Source: Geosiphon pyriformis uo1 (Eukaryota; Fungi; Glomeromycota). Taken from it: a stretch of DNA of 64,000 nucleotides. Both the position numbers and the translations under genes were made by a program. Shown here in pieces: positions 22,354 through 33,409 of the stretch. Numbering within the stretch: position 1 is the first letter of the stretch; the number at the start of each line of letters is the position of its first letter. The stretch lies in assembly GCA_016748015.1 (NCBI GenBank), contig JAAOMT010000470.1, positions 153,690-217,689 of the forward strand, written 5' to 3'. The notes below the pieces were generated by a model. That model ran no database searches. It worked only from the letters and a program-made list of their open reading frames with translations, and was not told where the DNA came from.

Positions 22354-23226
22354 TGTTACTCATAGAAATATAGGAAATATATTAGCATAATTATTAGCCA
22401 ATCAGAAGTAGGCATAGTAAATGTGAAATTCCAGGATTCCTCTCAGAAATTTCAGGATTCCAAGAATTTCAGAATTCCCTAACAAAGAATTGCAGGATTC
22501 CAGAATTCCAGGATTTCTTTTATAGAAATTGCAAGATTTCATGAATTCCAGGATTCCTGTCGTGAAGAATTAAGGAATTAAGGAATCTCAATTATGTATA
22601 TATAGCAGTAGTATTAGAAACAGAAAAGACAGAATCAATATAACAGAACTCTTAGTCTAAAAACACAATCATCAAATAAATAATTATTCTATATCACAAC
22701 CCACTCTCCACTATCAACACTTCATGTTAATAGTAATTGATACTTAATCATGCTAGAACAATAGCTCTTGATCATGGCTATTGACAGGATATTAACATAC
22801 CAAATTGTCTTGATTTATTGTCTCTATTTCTCTTTATTTTCTTTTCTTTATTTTATTTTCTTTCTTTTTTTGATTTTGTTGTTGTATACTAATTGATTAA
22901 AAAATTAAGCACTGAGTTATTGGCATCAAAAATAGTCTGATAAAAGACCCAGAAATAAGGGTAGAATTTTATATATTATTGGATAGCTTACCAGAAGAGC
23001 ACGACTGCCAGACTAAATTCAGCCACCATGCTGAGAAAGAAATTGGGAAAACTCTTGAGAAAAATACATCTACTATTGACACTATTGAATCTTTGTTTGT
23101 TATACAAAGAACTCCATTAAAACCTTCAGATACAACACTTGCAGAACATTATCAATGGAAATAGCTTTGAGCACCAAGTTATGGGTTTGTTATTTAATTC
23201 AACAGCAAAAATAATCATCTGTAACA
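22354..23226 (+). repeat. E2 3' LTR
   Basis: 873-bp direct repeat of 2967-3839. Confidence 0.97.
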
Positions 23227-26200
23227 GTGGTTAAGCCAGTTTGGAAAAATTCTGGATAAAGTAGTGATAATATTTAGCAAATCCTAAGAATGCTCTTAAT
23301 TCTGTAAAATTTATTAGTACTGAAAAATATTTGATTATCTTAATTTTATTTGGATCTGTTTTAATGCCATTTTTGCTTATAACATGTTCCAAGAATTTCA
23401 ATTTTGTTTTGCCAAAGAAGCATTTGGTTGCATTCAGTTTTAATCCAGCTTTTTTTAGTCTCTTAAACACTTGCTGTAAATAATAAAGATGATCATCAAA
23501 TGTTTTTGAGAACACATTGGTGTTATCCAAATACATGACTACTGATTTTCATATTAGTTCAGTGTAAATAATCTCTATTAGCTATTGGAATATGGTTAAG
23601 ACATTGGTTAAGTTAAATGGCATTACTTCAAACTCAAAATTTCTTTCTTTGGTTGTAAAAACAGTTTTTTCTTTATCTTCTGATTTTATGGCTATTTGTC
23701 AATAACTACTGTTTAGATCTAATGTTGAAAACTATTTTTTTCTTCTGAAAGCATCAAATAATTCTTGAATCCATGGAATTGGATAACCATCTCCATGAAT
23801 AACACTATTGAGTTTTCTATAATCTACACAAAAGCAGATTTTTCTATTTTTCTTCCAAATTAGTACTATTGGTAATGATTATAAACTCATTAATAATTAA
23901 ATTAACTCATTGTCTAATATTCAATTGATTTTTTGTCAGATGATTTCATAACTTGCTAATAGTACTTTGTATGCTTTTTGTTTAATTGGCATTGTATCTT
24001 CAGTCTTAATCTGGTGCTAGATGATATCAGTTCTGCCAAATTTGTTTTTACTGGCAAAGATGTTAGTAAAGTTGTTGAATAATATTTTGAGTTGCATATG
24101 TTAGAATGAGTCTAAGTTTCTTAAGTTTATTTGTTCTAATTGTTCTGGTTAGAGCAAATAACATTTTTTTTGTCTATATATTGTTTGTAATGTGATATCC
24201 ACATATCTGCATAGTTATGGAAAATCTGAAATGGTGCTTAGTAGTTGGTTTTCAATTTTAGTGCTTAAGTATCCAATGGTAATTCTCTTTGGTATTTTAA
24301 TGAGGTCTCCAATTGTATTGTAAATAGAAATTTTAATGTGTTTATGACTTTTAGCCAGTATATAGAAATTGGTAATAGCAATCTTTTCTGATTTATAATT
24401 AATAGTTTCTGCTTCAAAAATTTGGAGTTGATCTCTCATTTTTTTTCTATAACTATTAAATACTGGTCATATGGTGAAATGAAAATTGATTAACAGGTAG
24501 AGATAATTTTTCTTTTGTTAATAACTTTTTTCTCTGCCATATTAATTGGTATATCTATTCAATTTATGAATCCAAATCCACTTATCCTTCTTGTTGTCAT
24601 TCCTAATTTCTCTTTATTTTTCACTAATACTAGCTGAGCTATTTTAACCAGAAATAAGAATATTGCCTGTGCTATTTTTTTATTTGGTTCAATCATATAA
24701 GTTTTTTCTAAATTATTTTGTAGCATTGCAATAATATTTCCTATATATTCTGCATTAATTATTCCTCCTTTTATATTAATTCTCTTTTTTGCTAAACTAC
24801 TTTTAGATGCTAATTGAATTATTGTGATTACTGAGATTTTTAGTATTACTTTTAAATCAATACAGATGCATAAATGTGGTTCCAATTATATGGCATTTTT
24901 TTGGGATATCTAAAATCAAATTCTGTATTAATATTATATACATATTCTGGCATAATACCTTCATTATTATTGCTGAACCATTTGAGTTTTTGCTCTTTTA
25001 AAAGATCAGGAAGCATGATATATTGTTTTGAGTTTGAATCAGAGTTTGAATCTTCACTGTTGTTATTGCCATATTGAACAAAGCTGGAACCATTATTATT
25101 ATTATTATTGTTTAAGTTTGAATTGCAATTAAGTGGCAATTCTGATTTTGTTTTACATCTGCTAATTGGTTTTTCTTTTTTTGGGATTATGTAGATTATA
25201 CATAGTAGTAGATTGTAAATGAGATTACAATTATTACAATATTAAAAGTTACATGGAATTAAACAATAGTTACATAGTCAAATGTTTAACTCTTCTAAGC
25301 ACTGTTCTTGCTTTTTTTGTGCAAATGCCAGGTTTTGATAATGTTCATGAAAGTGCTTGGGATTATTTTTGACATTATTAAAGATGTTAAAAGTAAAGAT
25401 GTATTCTGGTTTGAATAGTGTAAATAGATTATTCTTAATTTTTAGCAGTTCATTGAGAAAAGCATTTTTGATTTTGGTGTTTGTCATTCTTCAGATTTTA
25501 TGTTTATTGTATAAATAGTTTTTTAGGTATCATAGTGCTTATTTCTAAATGTTATTAATTGGAGTCTTTTTTTATATTCAATTGTTGATTAAAATTATGT
25601 ACTAACACATTTTGTCACATATTTTTCCTTATTCAGAAATGTCATTCCATATTTTTTTATTGGAAAAAATCATTCTATACATGAGACAAAACTTATTGTC
25701 CCATTTATTTTGTTGCTTTGGTTATCTAAAATGTTCAAAGACATATGGTTGACAATAATATTTCATTATCATGGGCCATTTTTTGTTGTTACCACAGCAT
25801 GCACCCATTGTTGACAATTTTTTGCCACAATCAACACAAATTAATTTGGGTCGACAATAGTTTGATTGTGATTGAATAATAGTAGTATATGGTATATATG
25901 TAGAGATAGTTGCTTGGAATTTGTTTTTTTCTCTTTTTTTTTTTTTTTCTTCTCAGATAGGTACTAGTGGTAATTTGTTGTGTTTTTTTTCAGCCCATAA
26001 TACCTAATATGTTTCCCAAGTAGGTTTTTCTTCTTTTTTCTCAAACTCAATTAGTGGCTGTTTATTGGTAATGGTCTTGAAATAACCACAAATGACTGGT
26101 ACTTGAATGTTCTAACTGTTTTGGCTTAGTTGTAATTCCTGGGTATTTTAGTCAAACATGGCATTAGTTTTGGATAGCCAGTCATTACCAATGAGAACTT

Positions 26201-28780
26201 GATACTGTGTGGCTTCTATGATAAGAACTTTTATAAATGTGACAATATTATTGACTTTAAATAAGAAGTCATTAATCTTGCCAATAAGAGTTTTAGTTGC
26301 TTTATTGGCTGTAATAATTTTTGTGCTAACAGCATAATTAACTTGGTAACCTAATTGATTCATGAACTATCATGTAATAATACTATCTATTAACTCACTA
26401 TTGAGAATCAGTTTAATAAACTGGCCATCAACTTTGGTGTTGGTGTATATTGTGATAATGGGCTTGGTATTTAGAACAGTTCTACTGAATAATAGTGTTT
26501 CTAATGGAGTTTCTATTTCAAAGAGAAATATTGTGATGAGAAATTTATCTTTTATAATGGTTGTTAGTAAAATGTTGGTAAGTGTTTGTTTCTAATTAGT
26601 TTCTGGTTTGTTGGATTGAATGTTTTCTGGAGTAACTAGAAGACTTAAATAGTTCTGGAAATTTGGGTTTTAGTTATACCCAGTACTTAAATTCCACTAA
26701 TGGAATTCTGATGGCTGACTAGATGAACTAGAAATCAATTAGTACATTACTATTACCGATCTTTAATTTTGCTGTGTATATGTAATTTTCAGTTTTTGGT
26801 TTTTAGATGACATTTAAGCTGAGTTCTATGGTGGTGTTGAAATAGATTGGGTTTGATAAATTACTTGTGGCTGTGGTTAATAAATAACTGGGGCTGAGAT
26901 TTGATAAATTAGAAGTGTGTATATTAGTTGTTGTGTTATTAATATGTAATAAAGTTGATATTGATTTAATTTAAGAAATAATTCAGAGTTTAAAACTGAC
27001 AATTGAGGTTTTAATACTGGTTTTTTGATCATTAATTATTGATTCTGGTGTGACAATTTATTTTTACATGGCTTTGTTTTTCACAATTGTAGCAAACATA
27101 CATTTCTGATTGCCATGGTTGATTTGTTACTAATAATAGACATAATTAATTCTAAAATTGATTTGTGTTTCTCTGTTTTTTATGATATTGTAATGGCTGA
27201 TAAATTGCTTGATTGTTGTTGTTAGCTAAGTATCTTTCTAATTTCTGGTTGATTGACTTATTGAATTGCCTCAGTTTTGAATTCAATTCAAATGATCCAT
27301 TTATTACTAAGTTTATGACTTGGGTATAGTTGGCTTCTAATTTAGTTGATTCAAAGTCTCTGATATGATTGATTGCAACTTAAAGTGTATTTGGGTGCAT
27401 TAGACGTATTTATTGCAATAAACTATAGTGTAAGTCTTAGATAAATTGATTCAAGATCTGTAACACTGTAAAATAGTCAGCTTTAATTGTCTAGATCTAG
27501 CACAAATTTCTGTGGAAGTGTCCTAAATAAATAGTGACTGCTTTAGTATCTCCTTGCTTAATAATAGTAAAGCTAATAATTAAGCAATTGATGCTATTAT
27601 AATTGTTAAAATATTGTAGAAATACAACTTTGAACATGTTAAAATCTTGGGATTATTTTATAAGATTTTAATATCATAAATCGGCTGTATCTTAGAAAAA
27701 ATATGGAATTGTTTGAAGAACTTTGGTGTCATTTCAATTATTAGCTGCAATTGCTTTGGCAATGTTATTTAACTATGCTTGGGCATTATTCTCTTTGTCA
27801 GTGAATTTTTTGATTTTGGCAATTGGTATATAAGTCATTGGTTGTGGTTGTGGTGGTAGTTGTGGTGGTGGTTGGAGTTGTAGTTATTGTTGATAAGTGA
27901 CTATTAGTGCAATGGATAGAGGATTGATCATGATTACTAAAAGTAAGTTCTGAAAAACAATAGAAGCTGGGTTTGAATGATTTGGGTTTTGCTGAGTTGG
28001 AACAATCAGAGTTTGAATTTCTGGGTTTTCTGGAATTGAGTTTTGATTATTAACTTCCCAATTACTATCTTCTTCTTCTTCTGAATTAGTTATTTCACAA
28101 GGACTAGCAGCTCCAAAATCGAGTTGAGGTGGTGGAAATTGAAATTCTAATAGCATAGGTAATTACAACTTAAATCCTTTAAAGTAATTGTTATAAGTTT
28201 CTAATAAATTGGCTTTTTTTTGTTGGCTTTGAAACATGATTTTTGCTGCTGATGTTTTTGCTGTTAATGTGGACACATCTGCTAATGTAATGTTGATGGT
28301 ATTCCCTGATATATGATGATATAATAGGTAAATGAGTGAAATTACTCTTGGTTTCTTTTAAGTAGATGATTGTATGTTTTTTGGTGTTCTTGTTAGTGTT
28401 TATAATTTTTCTTTGTTTTTGTCTGCAAAGATAATAGGAAATTTTTGTCTGGTGTGTTTTTCAATTTTTTTATTAATTTCCATAATTATTGGGACAAACA
28501 AATAATTTTGTGAAAGAGTGGTGTTTTGAAATAATTCACTATAAAAATTGGTAAATGCTGTTTTCAGATTTTTTTGATCTTCTAAATGAGATTTGATCCT
28601 TTTATTGATGTAAAAATTGAAGATTAACTCTGCTGGCCAATGATTACTTGTTAATTCTAGGTAAAGTTGATAGTGTTAGAATAAAGCTTTCATAAATCTT
28701 AAGTGGTTTGCCTCTGTTACTTCTAATTCTGCTACTGTTTTGGATGATTGTTGTTGATATTGGTTCTTTGTTAAATTATA
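23227..28780 (-). pseudogene. E1 ORF1 5' part (gag-PR-Cys-rich-dUTPase-RT)
   Basis: Track ORFs 23231-23536 (YLDN RT), 24559-25139 (dUTPase), 26148-26363 (protease), 27884-28156 (gag linker). Confidence 0.9.
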
Positions 28781-28799
28781 TCTCACAGGAAGCACCAAA

Positions 28800-29710
28800 T
28801 ATTACAGGTGATTATTTGGAGTCTGAAACAAATAACAAACTCATAACTTGATGCTTAATAACTAATGTGAGTTGATAATTTCTAAAGATTTTCATATCTG
28901 AAGATTTTCATACTTAAAAGTTTTGGTAAAGTTTTTTGTATAATAGACAGAAATTTAATAGTGGTTTTTAGTAGTCTTCTGAAATCGCAATTTTGTCAAT
29001 TTTTTTCTCAGCTTGATGGCCAGCAATTCTTTGGTAAGTAATTTTTAAATTTAAGTATTTATCCTCTCACAGAAGTTTTTTATTAGACAATCTTTAATAT
29101 CAATAACTCAGTGTTTAATTTTTAATCAATTAGTATACAACAAACAAAAAATAAAGAAAAAAATAAAATCAAAACATAAAAAAATTTGGCCAAGGTAATT
29201 TAAAAATTAGTATTCTGTCAATAGCTATGATCAAGTACTATTGATTTAGTATAGTTAAGTATTAATATTTATCAACATGAGTTGTTAATAAGGAAAAAAT
29301 AAATTGTAATGGTAACAAGTATTTTATTGATATTTGATATATCTACTTCAAATCATAGAATACTATTGTATAATAGAATGGATAGGAAGTTAGAATGGAA
29401 GATTTTTAAAAAAACTAAGAATCTTTCTTTCTGTTTCTAATATTACTACTATATATACATAAATTTTATTATATAAGATTCCTTGAATTTTTTAATTTTC
29501 TAGCCAGGAATCCTGGAATTCTTGAAATCTTGTAATTCCTTGAAAAAAATCCTGGAATTCTGGAATCTTGCAATTTTTTATACTGGAATCCTGTAATTGC
29601 AAGAATCTTGCAATTTCTCTGAGAAAAATCTTGAAATTCTACTTTTATTGTGTCTTATTTTGATTGACTACTTTGTACTAATATATAATTTTTATATTCT
29701 ATAAGTAACA
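28800..29710 (-). repeat. E1 5' LTR
   Basis: TATTACAGG...AGTAACA; PBS adjacent at 28781-28797; outer flank ATAC. Confidence 0.92.
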
Positions 29711-30260
29711 ATACACAACAAAAAACTTTTGAAGAATCTTTGATTTTTTCTTTGCATTTTTGGCATTCTAATACTAATTTTTTTGATGGCCATTTTCCTC
29801 ATTCTATTAATACTTGTTTAATTTTTTTAGGCAATTTTCAAAGTTTTTTATCTAAATATGTTTTTGGAAAGATTATTGATTATAATTGATTATCTAATCC
29901 AAAAGAAATATCTTGCATTAATGATTGCTTTCTACTTGGACTTAAATTTATCTTGCTTGCAATTAAAGCATTTTTACTAAATGTTACATGATTAGAACTA
30001 TTATTAAAAACAAATATAGCTGTACAATCTGGATATAATTTCTCAAAAATTAGAATTGCTTTATATTTAATTTGTTTAAAAAGATGGTTTGCTGTTTAAT
30101 AATTATCTTGATTTATATTAGATTGTAAATAGTATTGTATTTTTTTTGGTATATTAGAATAGTTTTTTATATTATTTTGTTGTAAATATAAACATTTATC
30201 AATTTTAGTTAGAAATTTACTGACCATAATTGATTTTCTATTTTCTTTTTTTCTTAGTGG
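29711..30260 (-). pseudogene. Tc1/mariner-superfamily DDE transposase fragment (oldest substrate of the nest)
   Basis: Minus-strand translation PLRKKENRKSIMVSKFL...NY*TANHLFKQIKYKAILIFEKLYPDCTAIFVFNNSSNH...KQVLIE*GKWP...CC resembles fungal Sagan/Ant1-like transposases (FDNSSNH motif); subfamily unverified. Confidence 0.75.
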
Positions 30261-30468
30261 TGTTACAAGTGATTATTTGGGGTCTTAAATTAAATAACAA
30301 ATCTGTAACTTGGTGCTAATAGCTAATACAATTATTATAATCTGAAGATTTTGGTTGTCTGAAAATTTTGGTTAAGTTTTTTGTATAATAGACAGAGATT
30401 CAATAGTTGTTTTTAGTAGCCTTCTGAAATCGCAATTTTCTCAATTTTTTTCTTAGCTTGGTGGCTGG

Positions 30469-31288
30469 TATTACAGGTAATTATTTGGGGTCTCAAAGCA
30501 AATAACAAATTCATAACTTGGTGCTCAATTGATATACCAATGTTAATTACTGAAGATGGTTTGTATCTGAAGATGTTAGATAAGTTCTTTGTATAATGAA
30601 CAGAGAATTAATAGTTGTTTTCAGTAGCCTCCTGAAATCACAATTCTATCAATTTTTTTTTGGCTTGGTGGTCAGCAATCCTCTGGTAAGTAATTTATAA
30701 TTCTTATACATGTTCTACTCACTTGCAGAGGTCTTTTACCAGGCAATCCTTGATGTCAATAATTCAGCACTTAATCCTTAATCAATTTAGTAAACCACAA
30801 AAAGAGATAATGATAAAACAAAATAAAAAAAAATAAAGAAAATAAAGAAATAAGCCAAGGCAATTTTGTTAAAGTTAGTATTTTGTCAATAGCCATAATC
30901 AAGAGTTATTGTTCTAGTGTGGTTAAGTATGAATTTCTATCAACATGAAGTATTGATAGTGGAAAGTGGATTAAGATAGTGAATAATTATTTATTGATAT
31001 TTGTAATGTAAAAGGTTGCTTAGATCAAATCTAAACTGAGAAGTCTCTAACTAAAGGATTCTGCTCTTTTCTATTTCTATTACTACTGTTATATATACAT
31101 ATTTGAAATTCCTCAATTTCTTAATTTTTCACACCAAGAATCCTTTGCAATTCCTTGTACAAGAATCCTGAAATTTCTGGAATTCTGCAATTCTTCTTGA
31201 GAAAAATCCTGAAATTTTACATTTACTACAATTATTTCTGATTGGTTAATTTATGTGCTAATATACTTCCTATGTTCTATAAGTAACA
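30469..31288 (-). repeat. E5 3' LTR (820 bp; U3 repeat array contracted)
   Basis: Matches 49538-50411 apart from about 54 bp, mostly in the repeat array. Confidence 0.93.
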
Positions 31289-31302
31289 TTATTTTCTCTT
31301 TT

Positions 31303-31941
31303 TTAATATTGAGCTTCATCAAAATCTCCCAAATTTCCTAACTCTAATTCTTTGTCTTTGAGTATTTCTTGAACTTTTTTTTCGAGAATTACTTGAATTA
31401 TTTTGTTTTGTAATTTTTTAAATTGGGTGTTGGTTATTTTTTCCATTTGGTTAACTGTAATAAAGTCCATTTCTGGATTAAGTAAAATTTCCAGTTTGTC
31501 TTAGAATCCAGCATGCAATCTATAGATGGTTCTTGCTTGTGTTGTTAGATTGTTTTTTTCCATAAATTGTTTTAATTGTTGCAGTATTGTTGTGTTGAAT
31601 AATTGTTTTGTTTTATCTGTATATAAGTTCTGAATATTCAAGTGTTATCCCAAGTGGAAATAACAAAAGTTTCTTGGAAATTCGTGTATTCACTATTTCC
31701 ATGTTTCTTTGATCAACTCTTAATATGTGGTAATACTTGTTGGTTCTTCTATTGCTAATTTTATTTTCAGAACCCTTTTGTTGATAGTGTTTTCTGTTTT
31801 TCTTTGACTTTTGTATTTGGGTATCTTTCTGGTATCTTGGTATTGAATGGTTTGTTGGTTGATAGTAATTTCTATATTCTGTTTTTGAATCAGTTGGAAG
31901 ATTTGTTGTATTAGTAAGTGCATGTTGTTAGTGATTTCCAT
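31303..31941 (-). pseudogene. E5 ORF3
   Basis: MEITNNMHLLIQQIFQLIQ (track ORF 31720-31941); NFCYFHLG. Confidence 0.85.
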
Positions 31942-31995
31942 TTTTCTAAAGTCTTCTATTGCATCTACTATGTTTTTATATTCTCTTTTTATTGT

Positions 31996-33379
31996 TCAAT
32001 TTTACGTATTCAGTCCAATGATTATAATTGGTTCCAGATCTTGTGGAATCTCCTCTGATTGAACTAGTATTCTCTATACTCCTAATTGTGGAATATTACT
32101 GATAGATGGTGACACTATATGGTAATATGATTTCAGTTAATTACTATGTGCTGTTTTGGCTAAGATTTTGTTGTTCCATCTTAATTTATAAGCTCTATTT
32201 CCAAGAATTTTTTCTATGTAAAATGGTTTGTCTCATTTGGGGTTAAATTTTCCACTCCATTGTTTTTCTGCTTTAATATGATGTAAAAGTACTTTGTCTC
32301 CAATTATGAATTCAACTGGTTTATTTGGTAGTTGGTTATTGTGTCTTTCTTTTTGTTTTTCTTGTGATTTTTAAATGTTATCAGCTGCTTTTCATCATTT
32401 GTTTTCTAGTGTTTCCATTAAGTCATATGTTTTTCTTAGCAACATTTCTTAAAAATTGTCTTCAATTATTGGTTTTGTTAGATAAGTGCTGACTTTTATT
32501 TTAACTAGTAATATTGCTGTTCTACTATATACTAATTCAAATGATATTGCTTGTGTAGTGTCTTGCTTTATTGTCTAATAAGCAAATAATATTAATGGTA
32601 TAATTAAGTCCCATTCATCCTGGTTTTTTTGGCTGATTTTGGCAATGGCTTTACACAATGTTCTATTAAACCTTTCAACTAACCCATTTGTTTGTGGATG
32701 GTATAGTAATGATAATGGTCTTTTTATTCCAAATCTTTGACTTAATTCTGCCAATATTCTATTCACAAAATGAGTTCTCTAATCTGATAATATTTCTTTT
32801 GGATATTCATGTTAACATATTGAATCTTAATAAATAAATTTACCAATGGATTCTGCATCTACTCTTTGAATGGCTTTTTGCTTCTGGCTATTTTGTAAGA
32901 TAATTCATGACTATTGCAATATATCTGTTGTCTCTGCTAGTGATTGTTAATAGTTTGACTAAGTCAATTCCAATATGGTTAAATGGTTGTCCCACTTTGA
33001 TTGGTCTCAATGGTTCATTGGATTTTGTTCCACCTCTTCTTTGACAAGTATCACAATTTTGAACATATTAAATTATGTTTGGATACATTGATGGCCAATA
33101 GTATCTTTTCTTGGTTTTTTCTATTGTTGCTTCTTTATGGAAATATCTTGCTGTTGGATCTGAGCGCATATTGAACAATATTGTCTCTTTCTCTGGTTCT
33201 GTGATTACTTTGGTTGGTTGATCTGGATTTCTTTTGTTCTTCTAGTAAAGTATATCTTAATGGTTAATAAAATATTTTGATTGTTGTTTTATGTTTCTTT
33301 GTTTTTTTTGAGATAATTTTTTCTTGAACAATTTGGTATTTATATAATGTTGGAGTTGTTGATATTTTTGTATATTCAT
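31996..33379 (-). pseudogene. E5 integrase (separate ORF)
   Basis: ATG at 33379; HPQTNGLVERFNRTL. Confidence 0.9.
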
Positions 33380-33409
33380 CTTTTGTTATATTTTTGGATT
33401 GAAATGTTC

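Larger units (their letters stand above)
2967..23226 (+). mobile_element. E2: full-length Ty3/Gypsy element, family A, inserted antisense into E1 pol; contains E3
   Basis: LTRs 2967-3839 and 22354-23226 (873 bp each, TGTTAC...GTAACA); TSD GTGG at 2963-2966 and 23227-23230; PBS and PPT intact. Confidence 0.97.
1..29710 (-). mobile_element. E1: Ty3/Gypsy LTR retrotransposon, family A, old and degenerate; interrupted at 2966/23227 by E2; 3' LTR runs off the window start
   Basis: 5' LTR 28800-29710 matches partial 3' LTR 1-347; PBS 28781-28797; degenerate PPT 348-362; decayed gag-PR-dUT-RT at 23227-28780 joins RNase H-IN-ORF3 at 361-2966 across TSD GTGG. Confidence 0.93.
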
